A DNA stretch of 64,000 nt. Origin: Camelus dromedarius (lineage: Eukaryota). The position numbers were made by a program, and so were the translations under genes. The notes beneath the pieces were generated by a model. It saw only the letters and a list, made by a program, of their open reading frames with translations. It was not told the DNA's origin and did no database searches. Below are positions 13,101-26,600 of the stretch, piece after piece (the first letter of the stretch is position 1; every line of letters starts with the position of its first letter). The stretch spans positions 83,330,001 through 83,394,000 of the forward strand of contig NC_087436.1 of NCBI RefSeq assembly GCF_036321535.1, written 5' to 3'.

Positions 13101-14630
13101 CCCACTACCACACCTTTCTCGGCAATAAGTAAATTTCCAGGGGAGTATGAATGTCTGTTGATATGACTGATACACGTCTTCCAGTGATGAGATGATTTAT
13201 TTGTTTGGCAGAATGTACGGGTATGAGTTTAGGTATGAATCAGTGATGGATGGATGGGAGTGGAGTTTCGTAGTAATGCGAAGATTCATCCTTCCTGCCC
13301 AATCTCCAGCCCACTGATGTGGTTGTAAGATTTGCTGGGCCCCGTTTAATGCCTGCATTTGTCCCTCAAGTGCTTTACCAACAAGGGTCAGCTCTGCCAC
13401 TCTGTGGTGCTTTTTTTTGGACGTGAGAATTGTCCCATTATATTTAAAGTGTTATTTTCTCCCTTGTGATATTTTTCTCCTTTGCTGCTGTCAGCTGTTA
13501 AAATGGAAACATGTGCAGTGGACTCAGATACTCTCAAAAGGAATATGATTTACCTCATTAAAAATCTGTGTCTGAGAACTTTCTGTGCGGTCTAGTCACA
13601 ATAGCGTCTCATCTCAGCCTGTTAACTTTTTTTGGGGAGTTGTTCTTTCTGTGAAGAAGAGTGTTATAAGGCTCTTTCCCTTGTTTCAAGGTCATTAGCT
13701 TACGGAGAGTCCCTGCCAATTGAAAAAAACCTGTTTCCCACTTCAGATAGAGTTGTGTACTTTATCATGTGAAAGCAATCTTTTATTTATTGGTTTGGAA
13801 TTGGCCTCTTGCTGAGATAGTGAGTTCGACATTCTGCCCGTGGTCCGAGGCTGTTTGGGTACCAGGTCAAAATAGGGCCTGTATGGGGGTGGGGCCCTTA
13901 TGCCCTTAGGCAGCAAGTCGTCTGGCTTCCTTCTTGGAAGTGGAGGCAGGTGGTCTAGACCCAGCTGAAAGCAAGAATGTTGGTAACAAGGAGGAGAGAA
14001 GGGCAAGTTGGAAGAATGAAGAACGGCACTCACTCTGAGCTCACTGGCAGGCACAAGTTGAACACTCTGTCCCCTTTGCATGAGGGAAAGAAGGCTTAAG
14101 TAATGCGGAGTGTTTTTATTTACTGTGAGGGGGCATGTGACAGGGAGCCCTCAAACCAGCTAGTCATGAATGAGGAGTTGGAAGTTTCTGTGATATCCTT
14201 ATGATGTGAGCCCATGTTTTACCCATCCTTCTGTTTTTCATTCTTCACTGAAAGCAGCGTTCGAGGTAGAAATGCTTTGCCTTTAGTCTCTACAGTGTAG
14301 AGATGCTAGTGATGAACAGTATATAATCATTCTAACTATTTCGTGCTCTCCCACTGGTCACTGAGGGTATAATTCAGATTACCTGGATACCTGTCGCCTT
14401 TTTTTTTTTTTTTTTTTTACTATTCTCATTCATCAGAAGGTATCTCAAAGGGTGGGGAATTCATCTTTAGGTTTTATACAGGTTTTGTGAATAGCTGCTT
14501 TTTATATATCTAAACTGACAAAATGTGATTAGGAGTGGGAAGGGGAGCGGTATTTCTCTCTCCCCACCCCTTTTCTCCATTTGCCTGCCTGCCCCTCTCT
14601 CTCTCTCTCTCCCCCCTCCTCTCTCTCTCT

Positions 14631-14672
<42 letters not shown>

Positions 14673-17600
14673 CACACATCACCAGACATAGGCTGAGTTG
14701 GGGGAGAGGACCAGTACCTTTTATCCAGGGTTAGGCAGGACCCCCTGACTTACAGAATTTCTTTTCCTTATCATTTTATGAGCTTGAGAAAAATCGAATT
14801 CTTATTCCATCTCCTTAAAGCCATCCCTTTGTTAAATCACTTTATGAATACCATTTTACTACCTTGACTTAGATATTTTGGGCACTAACACCATTTCAAG
14901 TTTGTCCACAGTTTAAATGAACCTTTAATTTTGGCAGTGAGGAGAAGACACATCTCTTGTGGCCAAAGCTGTCTAGAGACCTTCTTAGGACTGGCCGGGG
15001 GAGCCTCAGGCTTTAGTGCATGTGGATGGAACCAACCAGTGAAAGCTTTGTGACGGGAGAGACTGGGGAGGGAACCCAAGACTTTTCTTAAGGATTTAGT
15101 TTAAGTACCTTTACTCTGTCTCTAGCTCTGAATGGTGAGACCAGAGCCACAAGTCAAGAAGAAGCCATGCTTCTTTCACTTGTACTGTTGTTCCTCTTCC
15201 CTCAGTGCATTCTTGACTCTCAATTTTATATGTCACTGCTCAGTGTAATTTCCATATTTATATAAAGTACTTGGGCACTTTGACTTTCCTTAGGCTTTTA
15301 TGCAGAATTTTTTTCCGGTCAAGGTTGCATGGCTGCACAGGTAAGTCAGGCATATGATAACAGGCACTTACTACACGGAAAGAATGGTTTACTTAATAAA
15401 TGCCATTGATATAATTGACTGTTCACCTCCAAACGCACCTAGACTCCCTAGCTCACTCCATATTCAAAAGTAACTTCCAAATAAACACACAAATGTACAA
15501 AGTAAAACTACAGAAAAAAGGGGAATGTGTTTAAAACCTTGGGGCTTCTAACGTGAGACAGGTGGTCCAGAAGCCATAAAGTAAATGATTGGCAAATTTG
15601 CACAAACAGAATTTTTTCTGTGATACAAGACATGCATAAATGAAGCCAATGATGAGTCATAGACTGGGAGAAATAATTGCTGCAAACTACCAGGTAGAGG
15701 TTTCATATTTCTAATGTATCAGAGCAGCTTCAAATTGATAAGAAAAAGATAAGCAACTCTGTAATAAAATGGACATTCTATAGAGGAGTGCTTGCCACTG
15801 GCCAATGAATAAATGCAAATATGCTCAGGGAATTTTTAATTAAAACAAGATACCATTTTTTCATCCATTTAATTGGAAAAAAATTTTAGAGTACTATCCT
15901 CTTCTCACTGGTATTGGAAAATGGGTACTGTCATGTCTTGATTGAGGAGGTGTGCACTGCTGTGGTCTTTTTGTAAATCAGCTGGCTGTTTTTAGTAAAA
16001 TTTAAAATGGTCAAACTTTTGAATCAGCAGTTCCATTTTTAGGAAGCTCCCTTACTCAAATGAAAATGGTACCATATAGCATAAGGAAGTATTTCTGTGG
16101 ATGCTTATTGCAGCAGTGTTTTTAATGGCAAAGTAACAAACTGCTTACTCATCCTCTGGGGGATAGGTTGAATAAATATAACAGAGAAAGCTTTAAGTAC
16201 CATCTTTATAATGTTTATTCACACAGTATTTCCAGCCTCAACTTCACTGAATTCCAGGCTTGATTTCCACTTGAAATCTCCACTTGGATGTGTAATTGGC
16301 ATCTTAAATTTAACGTATCCAAAGTCAAACTGATTCTCTCCCTTAAGCCTTTTCCTCACTCTGTTCTTCCATTTTTGTAAAAGGCAGTTCCGTTCTTCAG
16401 GTCAAACGCTTTAAAGTCATCTTGGATTCCCTGCTTCTTCCCACTCCTTTCCTTTTGTTGCAGGAAAACGTGTTACAGCTCGCTGTTGTGACAGCAACCT
16501 GGATCCGAGCGAGAGACCAAGCAGCACCCGGAGAGTTGGAGAACTCAGGTTTATTATGCCAGTGGGCCCATAGGAGTTAACACTCCAATCTCTGGACCCC
16601 GTCTGTAGGTTTACACAGGCTTTTATAGGCTGCCAGTTTACACTTTGCAACATCATATGCAAATAAAGTATAACAAAAGTTGACTAATTAGGAACAGGCT
16701 TTGTAGAAATGGACCAATTGCGTGGGGGAGAAATAACCAATCAGGAGTGAGGGAAATGGACCAATCAGGAGGGAGAGAAATAACCAATCAGGAGTGAGGG
16801 AAATGGACCAATCAGGAGTGAGCCCACTTTCCTAGAAGTTAGCTGGTTCAGAGGCAAAAAGAGAGATAAAGCCATTGGGCCAGGGAACCAGATGGTGCTG
16901 GTGGGAGAGTAGTGGCCCTGCCTGGGGGTCCTGCCGGTCTTTTTTATGGGATTTCCCACCTCACTTTTACTACCCTGTGAATTTCATACCCTCTGCCCAG
17001 CACCTCTTTATTTCTAGTCCCTGCTTTGTTTTTCTTCATAGTTTATCCCTATCTGATGCCCTACGTGCACCTTCATTCATATCTCCTCTTCCTCCCTCTC
17101 TCATATTTATTTATGCTCCATGAAGATCGGGGCTTTGTTTTATATCCTCAGTACCTAGAATGGTATATTGCACGTAGCAGTGCCACCTTCAGTAATTATT
17201 TTTGAATAAATGATACTGTGAAAAGAGACAAAAAAGTTTCTAACTAAGGACTATAGAATCCCCTTTTTTGTACAAATAAAACCAAGCCAAAACTTTGTTT
17301 TAATAAACTACATTCCTTTCATTTTTCCTCCCCGTGGTTACTCTGTGGAGTTCATTTCTAGACAGGCTCTCACAGCTCCAAGTGTCAGGCATTTGCCTGG
17401 TGGCTGTAATGCTCTGCATGTGTACAGGTGTGAAACTGCTGACACAGGAGGGGCAACCATAGAAATCCTGTCTGCTGTCCTGTATTAGGTTTGCCTGATT
17501 TGCTTGTGGGGGTCTGAAGTATTTGTGAGTCAGCTGCAAATATATTGTTGGTGCTAGGGACCTAAATATATGGAGCATGGACATCCTACAGTGTGTGATT

Positions 17601-20600
17601 TCCATGACCCAAATATGTATGAAGTTCTTTTTTAATCCTAAAACTAAGTATTCCAGAGTGGGAAGCCGTGTGATTACATCTGCAGTAAATAATGGCAGGC
17701 GTGTTGCTATGGCAGCTGACAACCTGCTGCCTAAAGTTTGGACCCATCCTTCACCCTGAGATGTATTTGCTTTTTCATAATAGCTTTATTGGGGTATAAT
17801 TCACATATTGTACAATTTACCCACTTAAGGTGTACAGTTCAGTGGTTTTTTTGTTATATTCACCCCATACCCATTAGCAGGAACACAGCTCTTTCCCCTA
17901 GCTCTAGGCCGTTTGTTTTCTGTCTCTGTAGATTTGCCTCTTCTGCTTTTTCATGTAAACAGAATCATATAACATGTGGTCTTTTGTGATTGACTTCTTT
18001 TAACTTAGCATAATGTTATCTTAGCATAAAGTTCATCAGTGTTGTAGCATGTATCAGGGCTTCATTCCTTTTTATTGCCAAACAATATTCTATTGTATAA
18101 ATATACCACATTTTGTTTATACGTTCATCAGTTGGTTGATACTGTGGACATTGGTGGACAAGTTTTAGTGTTGATACATGTTTTCCTTTCTCTTAGATAT
18201 TTATCTAGGAGTGGAATTGTTGAGTTACAGGATAACTCTAAGTTTAACCTTTTAAGGAGCTGCCAACTCTTTTTCCAAAAGTAGTTGCACCATTTCCATT
18301 CTTGCTAGTAGGGTCTGAGGGTGTGAGAGTTTTTTTTAATGCACCTCTGTTCACAAGAGTGCCTACTTCATAGGGTTGTTGTGGGGATTAAATGAGGTAA
18401 AACATAAAGCTCTTAAAACAGTTCCTGACACATGGGAAGCAGTCAGTAAGTGCTGGCTATTTTACTATTATTGATGAAGTGGGTAGTCCATGTGTATAGC
18501 CAGTTCAGAATCAATGTAGTGTTTCCTTTTTATTATTGTGGTAAAGCATATGTAACAGAAAGTTTACCATCTTAGCCATTTTTAAGTGTACAGTTCAGTA
18601 GTAGTAGATGTTGTGTTACCATCACCACCGTCTATTTCTAAATCTCTTTTCATCTTGTAAAACTGAAACAATAGCTCCCCGTTTCCTTTTCTCCCAGCCC
18701 CTAGCAGCCAGCACTCTGCTTCCTGTCTCTATGAATTTGACTACTTTAGCTACACACTTAGTATAATCCATGTTGTAGCATGTGTCAGAAGTCCTTTTTT
18801 AAGGCTGAATAATAGTCCATTCTGTGATATACTGCATTTTCTTTATCCATTCATTTGTCAGTGGACATTTGGGTTGCTTCCTCTTTTTAGCTACGGTGAG
18901 TAATACCTCCAAGAGCAGGTGTAAACAAATATCTCTTTGAGACCCTGCTTTCATTTCTCTTGGGTATATACCCAGAAGTGAAGCTGGCAGATTTTTAATT
19001 TTTTGAGGTGTCTCCTACTGTTTTCCATAGGGGCTGTACCATGTTACATTCTCACCAACTGTGTGCAAGGATTTCAGTTGCTCCACACCCTCACCAACAC
19101 TTGTTATGTTCTGGTTTTTTTCATAGCAGCCATCCTGATGGATGTGAAGTGCTATCTCATTGTAGTTTTGGTTTGCATTTCCCTAATAATTAGTGACGTT
19201 GAGAGTCTTTTCATGTGCTTATTGGACATTTATATATGTTCTTTGAAGAAATTTCTATGTCCTTTGCCCTTTTTTGAATTGGGTTGTTTGCTTTTTGTTG
19301 AGTTTTAGGAGTTTATATATACTGGATATTATTCCCTTATCAGATATGTGAGTTGAAAATATTTTCTCCCATTCTGTGGGGTGCCTTTTTACTCTGTTGG
19401 TAGTATCTTTTGATGCGGAAAATGTTTAAATTTTCATGAAGTCCAGTTTGTCTCTTTTTTCTTTTTTTGCCTGTGCCTTTGGTGTCCTATCCAAGAAATC
19501 ATTACCAAATCCAGTGCTGTGAAGCTTTTCAAGGCAGTTTCTTAATATTCAGAATCACCTGGGCAACTTTTTAAAAAGTACAGATGTCTGCAATGAGAAA
19601 TTATTAATCAAACATAGGAGTGAAAGAAACAACAGAGGGGAGCTCAGGAGTCAGGAATGAGAAAAAGTTATAGATATCTGGTCTTCCCTAAATGTTCTGA
19701 TTCTGGAGGCTGGGATGGACCCAGGTATATGTGTTTAGAGAAAGTTTCCTTAGGGCTTCTGCTGCTTATTTTCTGTCGTGAGTCACTGCTTTAGAGACTC
19801 CTCTCTGCGTACTCCTAGGAAGCTTCCCGCAGGCCTCCTCAGGCTGGTTTTATTTCTCATCCTTTGTCCTCTCATAATGTGCTGTACACATTTTTGTCAT
19901 TGGATTTACTTCATTATAATGTAATTTTTAAAAATTGAAATACAGTCAACTACAATGTGTCTTTCTCTGGTGTACAGCACAATAATGCAGTCATGCATGT
20001 GCATACATATATTCATTTTCATTTTTTTCCATTAAAATTTATTATAAGATACTGAACATAGTTCCCTGTGCTATACAAAAGAAACTTTAAAAAAAATCTA
20101 TTTTTATATATAGTGGCTAATATTTGTAAATCTCAAACTTCCAAATTTATCCCCTGCATCTCCTTTCCCTGGTAACCATAAGATTGTTTACTATGTCTGT
20201 GAGTCTCTTTCTGTTTTGAAGATGAGTTCAAGTGTCTCCCCTACCCCTTTTTTTCTTCAGATACCACAAATGTGTGATATCATACGGTATTTTTCTTTCT
20301 CCTTCTGGCTTACTTCACGTAGAATGATGATCTCTAGGTCTATCCATATTGCTGCAAATGGCATTATTTATTCTTTTTTATGGCAGAGTAGTATTCCATT
20401 GTATAAATATACTACAACTTCTTTATCCACTCATCTGTCGATGGACCTTTAAGTTGTTGCCATGTTTTGGCTATTGTATATAGTGCTGCTGTGAACATTG
20501 GGGTGCATGTATCTTTTTGTCATTATAATGTAATCTTTAAATCTGCTGTTAAAGACTTTGGGTCACTTTTTTTTTTTTTCCTTTTGAATGGGGGTTGGGG

Positions 20601-23600
20601 AGGTAATTAGATTTATTTATTTATTTTTTAGTGGAAGTGATGGGGATTAAACCTAGGAACTCCTGCATGCTAGGCATGCACTGTACCACTGAGCTATACC
20701 CTTGCTGATTTTGGATGGATGGATGAATGAATGTGGGAATAATTAGCTCTTTATCACTCAGGACGCAGGTTGGTTGTTGCCTCTTCCAAGGAGCCTTTCC
20801 TGACTCTGTCTCCCCTCCATCGCAGGCTGGATTAGATGCCTCTCAAGTAGGCTGTCTTCAGCAGTAGCATGTGTCTCTGCCATAATGCTGTGCTATAACG
20901 TCAGCTCATCTGCCTTGCTTGCCTGGTCAGTCAGAGTGAGCTTGAGTGGAGAACCAATCTTATTTATCTTTTGACTGAAATATCTATAAAAAATTTTGTA
21001 TATGATAAACTTGTACTTTGTCTGATGTGTGTACTATATTTTTAATAGCTCTATTGAGATATAATTTATATACAATAGGATTTATCAATTTTAAGTGTGC
21101 AACATAGTGAGTTTTGACAGTTGTAGGCAGTCAGGTAACTACCACTGCAGTCACAATAGAGGACATTTCTTTTATTCCTCCAGACTTTTATGCCCTTTGT
21201 AGTCTATTCCATCTCCATACCAACTGCTTTTACCCTGTATCTACTTTTTGTCACCATAGTTTTGACTCCTAGAATTTTATATAAATGGAATCGTGTTAAG
21301 TAGTCTTTTTGTCTGGCTTCTTGGAATAATGCTTTTGAGATTGTTTTTACAGTTGCATCAGTAGTTTCTTTTTGTTTGCTGAGTTTTTGTCCATCTTATG
21401 GATTTATCACATTGTTTATCCATTAACCAATTGATGGGGAATTGGGTTTTTTTCCCCGATTTGGGTTATTTTGAGTAAAATTGCTATGAATATTTGAGTA
21501 CAAGTATTGTGTAGACATATGTTTTCATTTTTCTTGAGTAAATTCCTGGAGCTGGGATTGCTGGTTCATATGGTAAGTGTGTGTTTATAAGAAACTGCCA
21601 GATTTCTAGTGACTGTTTCATTTTACATTTATACCAGCAGTTTATAAGAGTTTTAGTTGCTCCCCATTCTCACCATAACTTGGTATTGTCAGTTTTTTTT
21701 TTAACTTTAGCCATTCAAATTGATATATAATGGAATCTCATTGTGGTTTTTATATGTATTTCATCAATGACTAATGATCATGAGCAACTTTTCATGTGCT
21801 TATTTTTAGCTATTTGTATATCTTATTTTTGGCAAATATATGTTCAAATATTTTGCCTATTAAAAATCAAATTGGAGGGGGAGGATATAGCTTAGTGGTA
21901 GAGTGCATGCTTAGTATGCATGAGATCCTGGGTTCGATCCCCAGTATCTCCATTAAATAAATAAACAAAAATAAACCTAATTGTCTCCCCCCAAAACCAA
22001 ACAAACAAATAAAAAAAGCAAAAAAAATTAGAAAATCAAATTGGTTGTCTTATTTTTGAGATGTAATAGTTCTTTATATATTCAGTACACAAATCTTTTA
22101 TCAGTGATACATTTTGCAGATATTTTCTTTCGATCAGTGATTTTCCTTTTCATTTTCTTAACTGTCTTTTGAAGAGCAAAACTTTTTATTTTGATGAAAT
22201 CTAATTATCAGTTTTAATTTTTATGATTCATGCTTTCTGTGTCCTAAGAATTTTACCTAACTCAAGATTATAGTCATTTTTCTCCTGACTTTTCTTCTTC
22301 GAATTTTATAGTTTAGCTCTTTCATTTACGCCTAGGATTCATTCCAAGTTAATGTTTTATGTGTGTGTGAGATAATGGTCAGAGTTCATTTTTTGCGTAT
22401 GGATGTTCAGTTTTTAGTTCCATTGTTGAAAAGACTATCCCCCACTGCATTACCTTGGTGCATTTGAAAATTAATTGGCTGTGTGTGTGCTGGTTTATCT
22501 CTAGGCATTCTATTCTGTTAATCTGCGTGTTCATCCTTAGTTCTACACTATGTTGATTACTGTAGCTTTATAGTGAATCTTCAAAAAGTATGTAGTACAA
22601 ATAGTGTAAATTCTCTAACTTTGTTCTTTTTCAGAATTGTTTTGGCTGTTCTAGCTCGTTGGCTTTTGCATATAAATTTGAGAATCAGCTTTTCAGTTTT
22701 TATCAAGAAACCTGCTGGGATTTTCATTAAGATTGCATTGGATCTATAGAGCAATCTGGGGAGAATAGATATCTTAACAATATTGAGTCTTATGATTTGT
22801 GAACATGGTGTATGTCTCTATTTTGGGGGTCGTCTTTAATTTTTCTTTGCAATGTTTTGTACTTAGTGTACAGGTCTTGCACATGTTTTGTTCCTAAATT
22901 TTTAATATTTTTGATGTTATTACATACGGTATTTTAAAATAATTTCTATTTTTAATAGTTTATAGAAATAAGGTTAATTTTTTGTGTATTGATCTTGAAT
23001 AACCTTGCTAAATTCTCTTAATAGTTCTCGTTATGTTTTTTTGTAGACTCCTTAGGAATTTCTCCATAAATGGTAGTGTCTATAAATCAATTCAGTTTTA
23101 TTTCTTCCTTCCCAGTCTGTATGTCTTTTATTTTATTTTCTTGCCTTATTTTACCAAATGAACTCTAGTGCAGTGATGAATAGAGGTAGTAAAAAAGGAC
23201 ATCCTTTCTGTGTTCCTGATTTTAGAGGGAAGGAATTAGTTTTCACCGTTAAGTGTGATGTTAGCAGTGTTTTTTTTCTTGGATGTGTTTTATCAAGTTG
23301 AGGAAGTTCTCTGATATTTACTGATTTTTAAAAAAGTCATGAGTGATGAATTTTGTTAAATGTTATTCTGAACCTATTCAAGAGATTGCATTGTGTCTCA
23401 TTTTTAGTGTTAAGGTGATGAATTATATTGATTATTTTTGAATATTAAGCCAATCTTGCACTCAGAATAAATCTAAGTAATTTTTATATATTGCTGCTTT
23501 TGATTTCTAAAAATTTGACAAGGATTTGTACATTTATGTTCATAAGGATGATTGGTTTCCTTTTCTTGTAGTGCCTTTGGTTTTGTTATGTGGGTAATGC

Positions 23601-26600
23601 TGGACTCATAAAATGAGTTTGGAAGTATTTCCTCTTCTGTTTTCTGGAAGAGTTTGTCTATATTAATATAGATTTATTATAGGTTATTATTTTTTACTTA
23701 AATGGTTGGTAGAATCACCAGTAAAGCCATCTGAGCCTACGGGTTTTTTTGTGGGGATTTTTTTAGTTATAATTTCAATTTTTAAAGAAGATATAGGATT
23801 AGATTATCTGTTTTATATTAGGTGCGTTTTCGTAGTTTGTGTCTTTCAAGGAATTTGTCTACTTCACCTAAGTTGTCAAATTTATTGGCGGAAATAGTTC
23901 ATAATATTCCCTTATTATCCTTTTCATGTCTGTAAGATCTTTTTTTCTGATGTAGGTAATTTGTGTCCTCTGTTTTCCAATTAGATTGGCTAGAGGTTAA
24001 TCTATTTTACCAATATTTTCAAAGAAAAAATTTTGATTTCAATGATTTTTAAAAAATCTTTTTTAGTTTTCTTTGTTTGACTGATTTGTACTCTTATGTT
24101 TATTGCTTTCTTTTGTTTATTTTGTACACTATATTTTTTTCTAGTTTCTTAATGTAGAAATTTAAATCACTGATTTACTCCTATTTTAGTAAGCATTTCA
24201 GGCTAAAATTTTCATTAAGGCATCACTTTAGCTATATTCCACAGGTTTTAGTTGGATGTATTTTTACTTTTATTCAGTTAAAAATATCTTGTAATAATTT
24301 CCCTTGTGATTTCTTCTTTGACCCATGCGTTATTTAGAAGTGTGTAGTTTTTTATGCAAGTATATAGGGATTTTACTGAGATTTTTCAGTTAATGATTCT
24401 AGTTTAATACTCTGTTTTCAGAGTACATTTTTTGTATGATTTTGGGCCTCTTACATTTATTCAGATTTGTTTTATGGCCCAGAATATGATCTATCTTGGT
24501 GAGTAATCTGTGTACAATTGAAAGAGTGATGTATTTTGCTGTTGATGGATAGAATGTTTTAAAAGTACCAATTAAATCAAGTTGGGTGATAGTGTTGTTC
24601 AGATCTTTTATATATTTATTGATTTTGCTTTTACTTGTTAAATTAGTTGCTGAGAGAATAGTGTTGAAATCTTTCACTATCATTGCTGATTTGCTTATTT
24701 CTTCTGGCTCTTTTAAGTATTGCTCTATGTATTTTAAAGCTCTGTTATTAGGTATGTACACATTTTAGATTGTTAGGTCTTCTTGATGAGTTGTTCCTTT
24801 TAACATCATTAAATGTCTTTCTTTATCCCTGATAATATTCATTGTTTTGAAATCTACCTTGCCTGATATGAATATAGCAATTGTAGCTTTCTTTTGATTA
24901 GTGTTAGCATGGTATATCTCTTTCTTTCCATTTATTTTTTATTTTCCTGTGTGTTTGCATTTAAATATTATATATTTTTAAAGACTACATATAGTTGGGT
25001 CCTGCACATCAATCCAAGCAGATTATCTTTGTATTCTGATTGGAGTTTTTATATACACGTTTCTAAGAGAAAATGGATAGATGACTACAATTCCATAGTA
25101 GTAAGTAGATAAAGTAAGTGGATCTCAATACAGGGATGTTTTGCCTGCAATGGTAAAATTTTACCCAAATGTATAAAAATCAAGTAGGATTAACTATTTT
25201 TAGGAAACCCTTCTGGAAGCATCTCATCTTGCATTATTATTGTGCAGTGGTACTGTTTATTAGGTAGCATATAGTCTAAAATAGTCATAAACAATCTGCT
25301 ATCTTAGAACTAATTTCCTGTTACATTGCATTGAATGAAAAAGATTTGAGTTGTTGAAAAAAGTTGTGGGTAGGAGAGGGAAGTGGTAAGAAATCTTTTT
25401 TAAAAAGCTTAAAAAATGTCCATAGTACAAAAGTAAAACATGTGTATTGCTCACAGGTTAAATACCCATAAACAAAAAGAAGCAAATAAAAGTTTTACTT
25501 TTTAGTTTTACCATCTTGAACAAAAGACATTGTTATTAGTTTGAAATACATCCTTCCAGTATTTTTTAAATATCAGTGTAATTTTTAAGTGGAGTCACAT
25601 CATACTTCTTTATGACTTTCTTTTCCATTTACTATCTAATGAATGTTTTTCTGTGATGATGTTCATAATGATCTATATCAGTCTTTTTAATGACTGCATA
25701 TTTCAATTTATAGTGTATAATTCCAATTTCTAATTTTTTATGTTAATAGCAATGCAGTTTATAGCATTTCTTTAGCATATATTTGTAGAAATTTGACTGT
25801 TGGATCAATGAACATGCAAAATTCTAAAGCTACTGGAATATTGTCAAAATGCCTGCCTTAAAGTTTGTGCTAATGGGTGGTATAATAACATAAGGTGTCT
25901 ACTGTTTACTTTTTTCAGAGATATAGATTGGATTTGTGTCAAAACTTCAATTTTTGTGTCCTTCATTTTCTTCTAAAAAACTAATCAGCTTATTATCTCT
26001 AATTTTTGATTTAGGTATTTTTAAAATTGAAGTACAGTTGATTTAGAATATTGTGTTAGTTTCTGGTGTACAGCAAAGTGATTCAGTTATACACATTTAT
26101 ATTCTTTTTCATATTTCCCATTAAGCTTATTACAAGATATTGAGTATGGTTCCCTGTGCTTATACAGTAGATCCTTGTTTATTTTATATAATCAAAGATA
26201 ATTTTTACTTTACCACAGTTTAAATGGTAAGTAAAAAATAGAGACTTTTAACACAACTTCTTTGAAGATAAGCGGAGAGGTAAGTATTTTGTGATTGCAC
26301 AGTTACAACACGTCAGCTACTCGGTATATTTTGTGACTTAAAGAGGGCTTTTTATTCTCTTTTGGGTCAGTCCATGGGTTTTGGCTGCCTTCTAGGGAGG
26401 CCAAAGTTGACATATTTGAGCAGTGAGGAAGTAGAATTGTTCTAGTGTTAAGTGTAGGATGTGGTGGAAATTGGAAGGGGTAGGTTTTTACTTTGGGTGA
26501 CAATAAATGTTGATGAGAAAATAGGGGATATATGTATACTGGTCTCTTCCTTCTCTCCTCCCCTAATCTGGTTCCTACACACAGAGCTCCTAAAACCTTT

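Larger units (their letters stand above)
16240..17210 (+). mobile_element. L2 fragment interrupted by a solo LTR
   Basis: tctccacttggatgtgtaattggcatcttaaatttaac (L2) and L2 3' end tcagtacctagaa...ttttgaataaatga. Confidence 0.6.

Noticed and set aside
16706..16822. Regularly spaced 23/24-bp repeats as a CRISPR-like array
   Set aside because: Units are contiguous with no unique spacers, lie within an LTR U3, and the context is mammalian with no cas genes
17300..17722. 140-aa minus-strand ORF as a nested gene
   Set aside because: No recognisable domain, non-ATG start, length within chance expectation
21877..21950. tRNA gene
   Set aside because: tRNA-like head continues into a SINE tail and A-rich end with TSDs; multiple diverged copies occur in the window
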